64,000 bases of DNA from Nannocystis bainbridge. Lineage in GTDB: Bacteria; Myxococcota_A; Polyangia; Nannocystales; Nannocystaceae. This document shows, piece after piece, positions 12,905 through 22,774 of the stretch. A program made the translations under genes and the position numbers. The stretch's first letter is position 1. Each line of letters begins with the position of its first letter. Location: contig NZ_JAQNDL010000001.1 in assembly GCF_028368995.1 (NCBI RefSeq), forward strand, positions 3,936,001-4,000,000. Direction: 5' to 3'. The notes beneath the pieces are model-generated. The model worked only from the letters and a program-made list of their open reading frames with translations. It had not been told where the DNA came from and did not search any database.

Positions 12905-13389
12905 TCCGCGGCGGCGCCGGCGAACTCGCCCCAGCGCGGCAGGTCGAGCATGAGCCCGGCCCTGCGGCAGCGGCCGCGCCACTGGCGGAGGTGCGACTCG
13001 AGCTGGTCGCGTTCGCGCTCGAGCTCGGTCAGCTTCGCCGGCGCCGGCGCCTTGCGGAGCTCCGCCGCGCGGCGCTGGAGCGCCTCCCCGCGGTGGACCA
13101 GCTCGCGGTCGCGCGCCGCCAGCCGCTCGCGCGCCGCGTAGAACCCGTCGGCCGCGCCCGCCTCGTCCTCGTCCTCGTAACTGTCCTGGGGGTCGGCCTC
13201 GTCGACCTCGCGGACCAGCCGCTGCAGCTCCGCGCGCAGGCGTTCGCGCTCGCGCTCGACCTGGGCCACCTGCACCAGCACGGCCGCCCGCGACCCGCGA
13301 AAGTCGCGGGAGATGCTGCGCTCGATCGCCTCGCGCCGGCGCAGCAGCGCCTCGCCGTCGGCCTGCAGCTCGTCCTCGATCGCGTTCAT
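12898..13389 (-). CDS. Hypothetical coiled-coil protein
   Basis: E/R/L-rich heptads and GC3 codon bias. Confidence 0.65.
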   Translation of the reverse strand: MNAIEDELQADGEALLRRREAIERSISRDFRGSRAAVLVQVAQVERERERLRAELQRLVREVDEADPQDSYEDEDEAGAADGFYAARERLAARDRELVHRGEALQRRAAELRKAPAPAKLTELERERDQLESHLRQWRGRCRRAGLMLDLPRWGEFAGAAAED

Positions 13390-13582
13390 CGCCGACCTCG
13401 CGCGCCACCTGTCTTAAAAACCATGTCGGGGGCAACCCCGCGGCGGAGCGGGCGGACGGCGGGAGGGGACGACGCGGACATGACCCTCCTGTTGTAGCGG
13501 ATCTGCCGGCCGAGGGGCGACCACGCGCGGGGCCTTGGGCCCCCGTGGCGCCGTCTGGACCGCTCTGCTATGGGTCCGCGCC

Positions 13583-14452
13583 ATGACGATGCAAGGCAAA
13601 CACGTGCTGATCACGGGCGGCAACACCGGGATCGGCAAGGCCACCGCGGTCGAGCTGGCGCGCATGGGCGCGGCCGTGACGATCACCTCGCGCGACCCGG
13701 CCAAGGGCGAAGCGGCGGTCGCCGACATCAAACGGCTGAGCGGTTCGGGCGCCGTCGAGCTCCTGCGCCTCGACCTCGCCTCGCTGGCGGACGTGCGCCG
13801 GTTCGCCGCCGAGTACCTGGCCACGCACCCGCGCCTCGACGTGCTCATCAACAACGCCGGCCTCGTGCAGTCCGACCGCAGCGAGACGGTCGACGGCTTC
13901 GAGACCACCTTCGGCGTCAATCACCTCGGTCACTTCCTGCTCACGCACCTGCTGCTCGACCGCCTCAAGGCGAGCGCGCCCTCGCGGATCGTGGTGCTCG
14001 CGTCGGGTGCCCACCGCGCGGCCCGCGGCCTCGACTTCGACGATCTGCAGTCCCGCCGCAAGTACCGCGGCCTGCCCGTCTACTGCCGCTCCAAGCTTGC
14101 CAACCTGCTGTTCACCCTCGAGCTCGCGGAGCGCCTGCGCGGCACCGGCGTCACCGTCAACGCCGTCCACCCCGGCGTGGTCGCGTCCGGCTTCGGCGCC
14201 GACGGCGACACCCGCGGCCTCTATCGCTTCCTCTTCGGCCTGGCCCAGCGCTTCATGATCACCCCGGAGCAGGGCGCCCGCACCTCCATCTACGCCGCCA
14301 CCGCCCCCGAGCTCGCGCAGACCAGCGGCCAGTACTTCGAGAAATCGAAGCAGAGCCGCCCCACCCGCTACGCGCTCGACCGCGCCGCCGCCCTCCGCCT
14401 GTGGGAGGTCTCCGAGCAGCTCACCGGCACCAACAAGTCGGCCGCCGCCTGA
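13583..14452 (+). CDS. SDR oxidoreductase (retinol dehydrogenase-like)
   Basis: TGGNTGIG, LDLASL, INNAG, NHLGHF, YCRSK, VHPGVV. Confidence 0.93.
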   Translation: MTMQGKHVLITGGNTGIGKATAVELARMGAAVTITSRDPAKGEAAVADIKRLSGSGAVELLRLDLASLADVRRFAAEYLATHPRLDVLINNAGLVQSDRSETVDGFETTFGVNHLGHFLLTHLLLDRLKASAPSRIVVLASGAHRAARGLDFDDLQSRRKYRGLPVYCRSKLANLLFTLELAERLRGTGVTVNAVHPGVVASGFGADGDTRGLYRFLFGLAQRFMITPEQGARTSIYAATAPELAQTSGQYFEKSKQSRPTRYALDRAAALRLWEVSEQLTGTNKSAAA

Positions 14453-14611
14453 CCTTCGGGACAGGCCCGCGGGGCCGCGGTCGTCGCCCGCGACATGACC
14501 TTCGGGCCAGGCCGCGCACCCTCACCGGTCCCGAAGACCACCTCCCGAAAGCAGCGAGACCGGACGCGCCCGTGTGGGCTCGTCCGGTCTCGTCGCACCT
14601 GGCCTCGCGGC

Positions 14612-17600
14612 TCAGGAGCGCTCGGAGCCCGATCGCGGTGCCACGTGGGCCTCGGGGGTCACCCGCTGCTCGCGGCGCAGCGTCATCTTGAGGATCGCCG
14701 GCAGCAGGAACATCGTCATCAGCGTCGAAGCGCCGATGCCGAACACCACCGTCGTCGCCAGCGGACGCTGCACCTCGGAGCCGGCGCCGGTGGCCAGGGC
14801 CATCGGCAGGAAGCCCAGCGCCGCGACCGCGCCGGTGGTCAGCACCGCGCGCATCGTGTGCACGGCACCCTTGACCAGCGCCTTGTCGAACGGATGGCCC
14901 TCGTCGATCGCGTGGCGCACGTCGTTCGCCATCACCACCCCGTTGAGCACCGCCACGCCGGCGAGGGCGATGAAGCCGACCGCCGCCGGGATGCTGAACG
15001 CCATGTCGCGGATGATGAGGCCGACGAACCCGCCGATCAGCGCGAACGGCACGATCGCGAACACCGCCGTCGCGTAGCGGATGTCGCCGAAGTTCCAGAG
15101 CAGCATGCCGAAGATCAGCATCAGGCAGATCGGCACGACCACCGCGAGGCGCTTCGACGCGCGCTCGAAGTTCTCGAACTGACCCGACCACTCGATCTTG
15201 TAGCCCGGCGTGATCTGGACCTTCTCGTCGACCGCCGCCTGCGCGTCCGTCACCCACGACAGCAGGTCGCGGCCGCGCAGGTTGACCTCGACGCGGACCA
15301 CGCGGACCCGGTTCTTGCGCCGGATCTGCGCCGGGCCCTCCGCCTCCTCGATCGTCGCCACCTCCGACAGCGGCACGCGGTGGCCGTCGATCGTCTCGAT
15401 GAACAGGTCGCCGAGCGCCTCCGGCACCGGCGCGCGCGGCGGGATCAGCAGCCGCGCGTCGAACCGGCGGATGCCCTCGTAGACCAGGCCGAAGGTCTTG
15501 CCGACCCGCGCGGTCTCGATCGCCAGCAGCGCGTCCTGCATGCTGACGCCGTAGCGGGCCAGGCGGGCCCGGTCCGGCCGCACGGTCAGCTCGGGCATGC
15601 CGAGCACCTGCTCGACGCGGAGGTCGCCGGTGCCTTCGATCGGCCGGATCGCGTCGGCGATCTGGTCGGCGATGTTCTTGAGCTCGAGCAGCTCGTTGCC
15701 GGCGACCACGATCTGGATGTCGGCGCGTGAGCCGGTGATGATCTCGTTGTTGCGGTCCTCGATCGGCTGCGACACCGCGACGAAGGTGCCGGGCACCTGC
15801 GACTCGATGTCGTTCTTGAGGATCACGCTGAGCTCGTCGAGGTCGTGCGCCGTCGACCACTCCTCCTTCGGCAGCAGCGGGATCGTGATCTCGGTCCGGT
15901 CCTTGCCGACCGGCTCGATCGCCACCTCGGCGCGGCCGGTCATCGTCAGCGTCTTCTGGATCTCCGGGTACTGCAGCAGGATCTTCTGCGTCTGATAGTC
16001 GAGGCGCTTGGCCTCCTCGAGGTTGATCGACGGCGGCCGGCGGATGCTGACCACCAGGTCGCCCTCGTCGATGCGCGGCACGAAGTCGGCGCCCTTCTCC
16101 TTGAAGATGTAGCCGGAGATCAGCAGCGCCGCGGCGGCCCCGAGGATCAGCGGCCAGCGCAGGCGGATCGCGTGCGGCACCGCCCGCTTGTAGCCGCGCG
16201 CGATCGGGTTGAGCCAGGTCGCGCCCTCCTTCTTCAGCGGCGGCACGAACAGGGCCAGCAGCGCCGGCAGGAACACCACCGAGTAGACCAGCGCGCCGAA
16301 CAGCGCGAACGCCATCGTCGTCGCCATCGGCTTGAACAGCCGGCCCTCGACCCCTTCGAGGCTGAGCAGCGGGATGTACACCAGCATGATGATGGCCACC
16401 GCGAACGCGACCGGTCGCATCACCACCCCGATGCTGTTCGTGTAGGCCTGCGCCCGCTCCTCGCGGGACATCTGCTGGCCGACATAGGTCGCGATCAGCG
16501 CCTCGAGCACGACGATCGGGCCGTCCACGAGGAACCCGAAGTCGATCGCGCCGAGCGACATCAGGTCACCGGCGATCCCGACCCAGTGCATGCCGAACAG
16601 CGCCACCGACATCGACGCCGGGATGCCGAGCACGCACACGAGCGCGCCGCGGACCGTGCCGAGGAACAGCACCAGGACGATGAACACCACCCCCGCGCCC
16701 TCGGCGAGGTTCTTCAGCACCGTCGCCAGCGTGCGCTCGACGAAGTTCGCGCGGTCGTAGACCGCCTCGATGACCACGCCGGCCGGCAGGTCGGCCTGGA
16801 TCTCCGCCACCCGGTCCTTGACCGCGTAGATGACGTCGCGGCTGTTCGAGCCCAGCAGCATCATGATGATGCCCGCGACCGCCTCGTCCTCGCCGTTGAA
16901 GGTGACGACGCCGTGGCGCAGGGCCGAGCCGTCGCGCACCTCGGCGATGTGGCGGACCAGCACCGGCTGGCCCTCCGAGACCTTGAGGACCACGTTGCCG
17001 ATGTCCTCGATGCTCGTGAACGTGCCGACCGCGCGCAGCGTGAAGCTCTCGGCGGTGCGGTCGATGTAGCCGCCGGACACGATCGCGTTCGAGCCGACCA
17101 GCGTCTCGGACAGCTCGCGGATCGTCAGCCCGTAGGCCGCCAGCCGGTCGGGCTGCACGATCACCTGGTACTGCTTGAGGTCGCCGCCGATCGAGTTGAC
17201 CTCGATGACCCCCGGCACCCCGCGCAGGCGCGGCACGATCTCCCACTCGAGCATCGTCCGCAGCTGCTTGCGCGTGTGGACCGGCGAGCGGACCACGAAC
17301 TGGAAGATCTCGCCGAGGCCGGTCGACAGCGGGGCCAGGATCGGCGTCTGGATCGTCGCCGGCAGGTCGCCTTTGGCCTGCAGCATGCGCTCGAACACCA
17401 GCTGGCGCGCGAACCACGGGTCGGTGCCGTCGCGGAAGACCACCGTGATCGACGAGATGTCGGCGCGGGAGATCGATCGCAGCTCGTCGAGCCCGGGCAC
17501 GCCGTTGAGGGCGTTCTCCATCGGGAAGGTGACGTTGCGCTCGACCTCGAGGGCCGACATGCCGGGGGCCTCGGTGATGACCGTGACCTGGATCGTCGAG

Positions 17601-17725
17601 ATGTCGGGCAGCGCGTCGATCGGCAGGCTCTTGGCCGCGATCGCGCCGGCCACCAGCAACGCGGCGAGCAGGCCCGCCATCAAGAAGCGCAGGCGAATGG
17701 AAATATCGATGAGTGCGCCCAGCAT
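14612..17725 (-). CDS. CusA/CzcA family heavy-metal RND efflux permease
   Basis: 1037 aa; LPIDALPDI, MSLGAIDFG, EGVEGRLFKPMA, GSEVQRPLAT. Confidence 0.95.
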   Translation of the reverse strand: MLGALIDISIRLRFLMAGLLAALLVAGAIAAKSLPIDALPDISTIQVTVITEAPGMSALEVERNVTFPMENALNGVPGLDELRSISRADISSITVVFRDGTDPWFARQLVFERMLQAKGDLPATIQTPILAPLSTGLGEIFQFVVRSPVHTRKQLRTMLEWEIVPRLRGVPGVIEVNSIGGDLKQYQVIVQPDRLAAYGLTIRELSETLVGSNAIVSGGYIDRTAESFTLRAVGTFTSIEDIGNVVLKVSEGQPVLVRHIAEVRDGSALRHGVVTFNGEDEAVAGIIMMLLGSNSRDVIYAVKDRVAEIQADLPAGVVIEAVYDRANFVERTLATVLKNLAEGAGVVFIVLVLFLGTVRGALVCVLGIPASMSVALFGMHWVGIAGDLMSLGAIDFGFLVDGPIVVLEALIATYVGQQMSREERAQAYTNSIGVVMRPVAFAVAIIMLVYIPLLSLEGVEGRLFKPMATTMAFALFGALVYSVVFLPALLALFVPPLKKEGATWLNPIARGYKRAVPHAIRLRWPLILGAAAALLISGYIFKEKGADFVPRIDEGDLVVSIRRPPSINLEEAKRLDYQTQKILLQYPEIQKTLTMTGRAEVAIEPVGKDRTEITIPLLPKEEWSTAHDLDELSVILKNDIESQVPGTFVAVSQPIEDRNNEIITGSRADIQIVVAGNELLELKNIADQIADAIRPIEGTGDLRVEQVLGMPELTVRPDRARLARYGVSMQDALLAIETARVGKTFGLVYEGIRRFDARLLIPPRAPVPEALGDLFIETIDGHRVPLSEVATIEEAEGPAQIRRKNRVRVVRVEVNLRGRDLLSWVTDAQAAVDEKVQITPGYKIEWSGQFENFERASKRLAVVVPICLMLIFGMLLWNFGDIRYATAVFAIVPFALIGGFVGLIIRDMAFSIPAAVGFIALAGVAVLNGVVMANDVRHAIDEGHPFDKALVKGAVHTMRAVLTTGAVAALGFLPMALATGAGSEVQRPLATTVVFGIGASTLMTMFLLPAILKMTLRREQRVTPEAHVAPRSGSERS

Positions 17726-17749
17726 GGGGATCGTCTCCTGGGCGCGCGG

Positions 17750-18949
17750 CTAGCGGAACAGCTCGGACTTGAGGGCGAACACTCCCTCGGTGATGATGCG
17801 CTCGCCCGGCTCGAGACCCTTCTTGATCTCGACCAGGTCGGGCCCCTGCGCGCCGATCTCGACGGTGCGCGGCATGACCTGGCGCTCCCCGACCTCGACG
17901 AACACGGTCGGCTTGCCGTCGACCTGCACCATCGCCTTGCGCGGGATCGCCAGCGCCTGCTTGCGCGCCGCGCCCGGCCGGATCCTCGCGTTGACCGCCT
18001 GGCCGACGCGCAGCTTGCCGGCCTCGTTCGGGACCACCACGCGCACCTCGGCGCTGCGGGTCACCGGGTCGAGCACCGTGCTGACGAACGTCACGGTGCC
18101 CGTCAGCACCTCGTCGGGCGTCACCTGCGACGAGATCTCGACCGAGTCACCGACGCGGATGTTGATGACCTCGCCCTCGAACACGCTGAGGCGCACCCAC
18201 AGCGTGCTGCGGTCGGCGATCGTGAAGGCCGTGTAGCTCGGCTCGACCGCCTGGCCGCGGAACACTCGCACGCGGACCACGTCGCCCTCGATCGGCGAGG
18301 TCAGCGACATCACCCCGAGCGACGCGCTGCTCGACGACCCGCCGCCGAGCGCCTGGACCCGCTGCTTGGCCGCGCGCAGCTCGGCGCTGGCGACCGACAC
18401 CTCGGCGCTGGCCAGGTCGGCCGCGCGCTGCGAGGCGATGCCCTCTTGCAGCAGCCGCCGCTTGCGCTCCTTGTCGCGCTCGGCCAGCTCCGCCTTGGCC
18501 ACCACCGCCGAGATCTCGGCCTGGGCCTTGCCGAGCTCCGCGCTGTCGAGCGTCGCCAGGACGTCGCCGGTCTCGACCTTCGTGCCCTCGATGACCTTGA
18601 CCTCTTTGACGCGCCCCGAGATGCGCGAGCCGACCTCGGCGATGCGCAGCTCGTCGAACTCGAGCACGCCGGTCACGTGGACCACCGGCGACACCTCCAT
18701 CATCTCGACCGTGCCGCTCTGCAGCGCCGCCTTCTCGGCGAACACCTCCGGCAGCTTGATCACGCCGTCCTCGAAGTACGGCAGCTCGGGCGGCTTGGTC
18801 GCCGCGTCGGCCTCGGCCGCCTCGCCATGGTTGCAGCCGAGCGGCGTGGCGACCGCGAACACGAACATGAGCACGAAGCAGCGTCGCGCGTGGTCGAGGA
18901 GGATCAGCCAGCGCGAGGCTCGACCGGGGGCAGAGGAATTGCTCATCAC
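17750..18949 (-). CDS. RND membrane fusion protein (CzcB-like)
   Basis: Lipoprotein-like N-terminus, lipoyl halves (RISGRV...SPIEG), DPVTRS, GLEPGERIITEG; upstream of the RND gene. Confidence 0.92.
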   Translation of the reverse strand: MMSNSSAPGRASRWLILLDHARRCFVLMFVFAVATPLGCNHGEAAEADAATKPPELPYFEDGVIKLPEVFAEKAALQSGTVEMMEVSPVVHVTGVLEFDELRIAEVGSRISGRVKEVKVIEGTKVETGDVLATLDSAELGKAQAEISAVVAKAELAERDKERKRRLLQEGIASQRAADLASAEVSVASAELRAAKQRVQALGGGSSSSASLGVMSLTSPIEGDVVRVRVFRGQAVEPSYTAFTIADRSTLWVRLSVFEGEVINIRVGDSVEISSQVTPDEVLTGTVTFVSTVLDPVTRSAEVRVVVPNEAGKLRVGQAVNARIRPGAARKQALAIPRKAMVQVDGKPTVFVEVGERQVMPRTVEIGAQGPDLVEIKKGLEPGERIITEGVFALKSELFR

Positions 18950-19049
18950 GACACGTCCTGGGAGACCTGGAATCCGCGCGCCACACCCGGGCCCGAACGT
19001 GGCGCAGGGCCCGGCGGGACGAGGACGAATCTCGCCCGAAAAGGGCCCT

Positions 19050-19210
19050 GGGATGGTGTTTCGAACACTATTGCTTACATTACGGAGCCTTCATGTCAAG
19101 GATTCCCCCGCTCCCAAAGCACTTCACACGTGCCGAAACTCTCGGGCCGAACAAGGATCTTGGCAACGCCAGACCCCGCGTGTAAGAGTCCGCGGGCTTG
19201 ACAGCGCGCG
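19050..19210. promoter_or_regulatory. Divergent promoter region between czcB-like and czcC-like genes
   Basis: AT-rich; perfect TTGACA on the minus strand (19094-19099) and on the plus strand (19198-19203); -10 boxes not clear. Confidence 0.4.
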
Positions 19211-19236
19211 ACGAACCCGTCCGCACTCCGATTCGC

Positions 19237-20691
19237 ATGCCACGACGCACAGCCTTCTTCGTCCGGACCTCGTCGATGTTCACGCTGGCCGTGGCCGTGA
19301 CCGCAGCGTCGCTCGCCCCCGCGGCCGGAGCCGCGCCCGCCCCCGCCCCCGCGCGCAAGACCGGCGACCCGCCGGCACCGCTGCTCGCGCCGGCGCCCGA
19401 GCCGAGCCAGTCGATCCCCGAACCCGTCGTCGCCGGGGCCCAGGTGCTGCCGCTCGACGCCATCCTCAAGCACGCCGAAGAGAACGCGATGCCGGTCCGC
19501 GCCGCGCGCACGCGGCTCGAGCTCGGCGACGCCGCGATCACCGGCGCCAAGCCGCTGCTGATCGACAACCCGCAGCTGTACCTCGGCATGGGCGCGCGCA
19601 TGAACCCCGCGTACACGGACGACACGCAGTTCGAGCTGCAGGCCACGCTGCAGCAGCCGATCGAGATCGGCCGCGAACGCAGCCTCCGCATCAAGGCGGG
19701 CCGCGAGTACCGCGAGTTCCTCGACAAGGAGCTGGCGCAGGTCCGCTGGACCACCCACGCGCAGGTCCACTACGCCTACAACACGGCGCTGATCGCCAAG
19801 GAGCGCGCCCGCACCGCCTCGCGCACGCAGCAGTTCGCCGAGCGCCTCCTCGACATCGCCAGCCGGCGCCAGCAGGCCGGTGAGATCTCGCGCCTGCGCG
19901 TGCGCGTGGCCGAGGGTGAGCTGGCGCGCGCCCGCCAGAGCAAGCTGGCCGCGGACCTCAACTTCCGCCTGGCGTGCATCCACCTGGCCGAGATGGCCGG
20001 CTGGCCTTCGGGACAGCTCATCGCCCCGGCCGGCGAGCTCGGCGACCCGATCAAGGTCCGCGACCCCGAGGACCTGATCGCCAACGTGCAGAAAGAGCAC
20101 CCCGCGCTCAAGACCCGGGAGGCGCAGGTCGAGCTCGGCGAGGCCCGCGCCAAGTCGGCCAAGCGCGACCGCCTGCCCGAGCCGTGGGTCGGCGTCTACG
20201 TCGGCCGCGAGCGCGAGCCGGGCCTGATGGAGAACATGCCGGCCTCGCGGATCGTGCTCGGCATGATCACGATCCCGCTGCCATTCTTCAAACGCAACCA
20301 GCTGGCGCGGGCCCAGACCCGAGCCGAGCTGAGCGTCGCCAACACCGAGCTCGAGGTCACGCGCTACCAGCTGGCGATGAACGCCCGCCGGGCGGTCGAC
20401 GCCATCAACACCGCGGCCGAGCGCGTGCGCACCTACTCGCGCGAGGTCGTGCCGCGCTTCGAGGAGAACCTGCAGCTGCTGCAGCGGGCCTTCGAGCTCG
20501 GCGAGGTCGACATCATCGAGGTGTTCGTCGCCCGCGAGAATTTCTTGCGGATCCAGACCGAGGCGCTCGACGCCTACGGCACCTACTTCGACGCCATGTA
20601 CACGCTCGAGACGATCATCGGCTCGGAGGTGAGCACCCTCGTCTCGCCCGGCCCGACTCGCTCGAGCGCCCCGCCCGCGACCCTCCGCTGA
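19237..20691 (+). CDS. TolC/CzcC family outer membrane factor
   Basis: Signal peptide, NPQL, QPIEIGRER, HPALK, RLPEP, IPLPFFKRNQ, AFELGEVD. Start is 19237 or 19276. Confidence 0.9.
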   Translation: MPRRTAFFVRTSSMFTLAVAVTAASLAPAAGAAPAPAPARKTGDPPAPLLAPAPEPSQSIPEPVVAGAQVLPLDAILKHAEENAMPVRAARTRLELGDAAITGAKPLLIDNPQLYLGMGARMNPAYTDDTQFELQATLQQPIEIGRERSLRIKAGREYREFLDKELAQVRWTTHAQVHYAYNTALIAKERARTASRTQQFAERLLDIASRRQQAGEISRLRVRVAEGELARARQSKLAADLNFRLACIHLAEMAGWPSGQLIAPAGELGDPIKVRDPEDLIANVQKEHPALKTREAQVELGEARAKSAKRDRLPEPWVGVYVGREREPGLMENMPASRIVLGMITIPLPFFKRNQLARAQTRAELSVANTELEVTRYQLAMNARRAVDAINTAAERVRTYSREVVPRFEENLQLLQRAFELGEVDIIEVFVARENFLRIQTEALDAYGTYFDAMYTLETIIGSEVSTLVSPGPTRSSAPPATLR

Positions 20692-20877
20692 CCTGTCCCT
20701 CGGGACAGTCGATGGACTTCGCCTGTTCCGCTGACCTGTCCCTCGAGACAGTCGCTGGACTTCGCCTGGTCCACTGACCTGTCCCACGGGACAGTCTCTG
20801 GACTTCACCTCGTCCGTTGACCTGTCCCTCGGGACAGGCAGGGAGATCTCCCCCGCGGGACCTGTCCTCGCGGACAG
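20686..20877. repeat. 43-bp tandem repeat carrying TGTCC-N4-GGACA palindromes
   Basis: Palindromes at 20694, 20737, 20780, 20823 (period 43) and 20863, with similar linkers GTC..TGGACTTC.CCT..TCC..TGACC. Fills the whole gap between two convergent stops. Confidence 0.92.
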
Positions 20878-21906
20878 CTAACCGCGCAGCTCGGCGATGC
20901 GCTGGGCCAGCCTGGCGATCGTCCGCGGCGACGAGCCCTCGGCCTTGTTGTTGACGATCACGTAGACCGGCAGGTCGAGGTCGGCCTCGACGCACACGCG
21001 GGCCAGCTCATCGCGGTTGCCGGGGTCCTCGTCGACCAGGTGGTCGAATGGGTCGTAGCGGGCCTCGGCGCGCTCGTAGTTCATGCTCGGGTGCAGCATC
21101 CAGCGGCACACCAGCGCCGGCGCCTGGCCCTGGTTGACGCGCGACCGCTGGGTCCGGGCCGGCGGCATGCTCGGGTAGACGTTGATGCAGTGGCACGCGC
21201 CGAACTCGGCCAGCGCGGCGGCGTAGGCGCCGGTCATCAGCTCGCGGTTGCGCAGCTCGATCGCGTAGAGCGGCCCGCGGGGCAGCCCGTCGAGGAAATA
21301 GCGCAGGCGGTCGACCAGCCAGCGCGGCCCGCCGAGCGCCCCGAAGTCCTGCGGCGCGAACTGGAACAGCAGCGGCCCCAGCGTCTCGCCGAGGCCCTCG
21401 ACCGCCGGCGCGACCACGAATTCGCTGGCGTACACCGGGTCGAGGAAGCGCTCGTTGGGCTGGCCGCGGACCTTGCCGTAGCGCTGGTGCCTCGGCCACA
21501 CCGCCGTCGTGCAGGCCTCGTGGGCCTTGACCAGGAAGCGGAACTCGGCCGGCACCGCCGCCGCGTAGGCCGCGTACTCGTCGGTCCGCGGCGGCGCGTA
21601 GTACGAGCGGTCGATGCCCACCGCGCGCATCAGCGGGTGGCGCGCGTACGCGGCCAGACCCTCGCGGGCGAGCCGCTGCTGGCTGTGCGGCAGGTCGTAA
21701 ACGAGCCCCGACCAGCCCGGGTAGGCCCACGAAGATGTCCCGAAGTGCAGGTTCTTCGGCAGCCGCTCGGCCAGCGCCTCCAGCTCGGCCGGGGCCGCGG
21801 CCGGCAAGATCGGCAGCGGCGTCTTCTTGTTGCCGCCGCCACGGCCGAGGCCGCCGGGGGTCGGGTCCTGCGAGGGATCGGCGAAGAGGTCGAGCTGAGG
21901 AGCCAT
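20878..21906 (-). CDS. DUF72 family protein (YecE-like)
   Basis: FGTSSWAYPGW, IDRSYY, FRFLVKA, GPLLFQF, AIELRN, NNKAEG. Confidence 0.88.
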   Translation of the reverse strand: MAPQLDLFADPSQDPTPGGLGRGGGNKKTPLPILPAAAPAELEALAERLPKNLHFGTSSWAYPGWSGLVYDLPHSQQRLAREGLAAYARHPLMRAVGIDRSYYAPPRTDEYAAYAAAVPAEFRFLVKAHEACTTAVWPRHQRYGKVRGQPNERFLDPVYASEFVVAPAVEGLGETLGPLLFQFAPQDFGALGGPRWLVDRLRYFLDGLPRGPLYAIELRNRELMTGAYAAALAEFGACHCINVYPSMPPARTQRSRVNQGQAPALVCRWMLHPSMNYERAEARYDPFDHLVDEDPGNRDELARVCVEADLDLPVYVIVNNKAEGSSPRTIARLAQRIAELRG

Positions 21907-21997
21907 GCGCGCTTTTGCGCAGGATAGCCCCAGCTGCCCGCCCGCGCAAGCGCAGCCGACCTGCCCCAAAGGGCATGTCCCTCGGGACCGGCGGCTC

Positions 21998-22627
21998 TCA
22001 GCCCCGGCGGAACACCAGTGAGAAATTGTTGGCCGGCATCGCCACCAGCTCGGTCGCCTGCAACCCGTGGGTCGCCGCCGCCGCGCGCACGACGGCCTCG
22101 TCGCGCACGCCCCAGGCCGGGTCGCGGGCCCGCAGGTCGTCGTCGAAGGCCGCGTTGCTCGGCGCGGTGTGCTGGCCGCCGCGCTTGAACGGCCCGTACA
22201 AGAAGAGCAGCCCGCCCGCAGGCAGCACTCGCCCGGCCCCGGCCATCAGCGCCTCGCAGGCGGACCACGGGGCGATGTGGATCATGTTGATGCACACGAT
22301 CGCCTCGGCCGCCTCGACGGGCCACGGCCACGCGCCGACGTCGAGCCGCAGCGGCGCGCGCAGGTTGGGGGTCCCCTCGCTGATGACGCGCGCGGCGATC
22401 GACGCCAGCGCCCCGGGGTCGACGTCGGTCGGTTGCCACGAGACCCCAGGGAACGCGGCCGCGAAGCTCACCGCGTGCTCTCCGGTGCCGCTGGCGATTT
22501 CGAGCACGCGACCCTCCGCAGGCAGGACCCGTGCCAACACCTCTGCGATCGCCCCGCGATTGCGGAGCGCCGCCGGTGACGAGCGCACTTGAGACTGCTG
22601 CGGAGGCGGTGGATCGTGAGGCTGCAT
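21998..22627 (-). CDS. DUF938 family SAM-dependent methyltransferase
   Basis: SPAALRN, VLEIASGTGEH, WQPTD, NMIHI, YGPF, SNAAFD, MPANN. Confidence 0.9.
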   Translation of the reverse strand: MQPHDPPPPQQSQVRSSPAALRNRGAIAEVLARVLPAEGRVLEIASGTGEHAVSFAAAFPGVSWQPTDVDPGALASIAARVISEGTPNLRAPLRLDVGAWPWPVEAAEAIVCINMIHIAPWSACEALMAGAGRVLPAGGLLFLYGPFKRGGQHTAPSNAAFDDDLRARDPAWGVRDEAVVRAAAATHGLQATELVAMPANNFSLVFRRG

Positions 22628-22774
22628 CACCGCGATCGTAGCCTGAGTTGCCAGCCTCGTGGCTTTGCCGATTTGCGAGCTTCACTGGCCCGCGTTCGCG
22701 TACGCGGAGCGTGAGTCGGGGACCGGAGCGCGGTTCGGCGCTGGGCGCGAGGCGGCATGCTATGGTCCTCGACG

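Noticed and set aside
20686-20877. CRISPR array
   Set aside because: The putative spacers are near-identical to each other, the period is only 43 bp, and there is no leader or cas gene.
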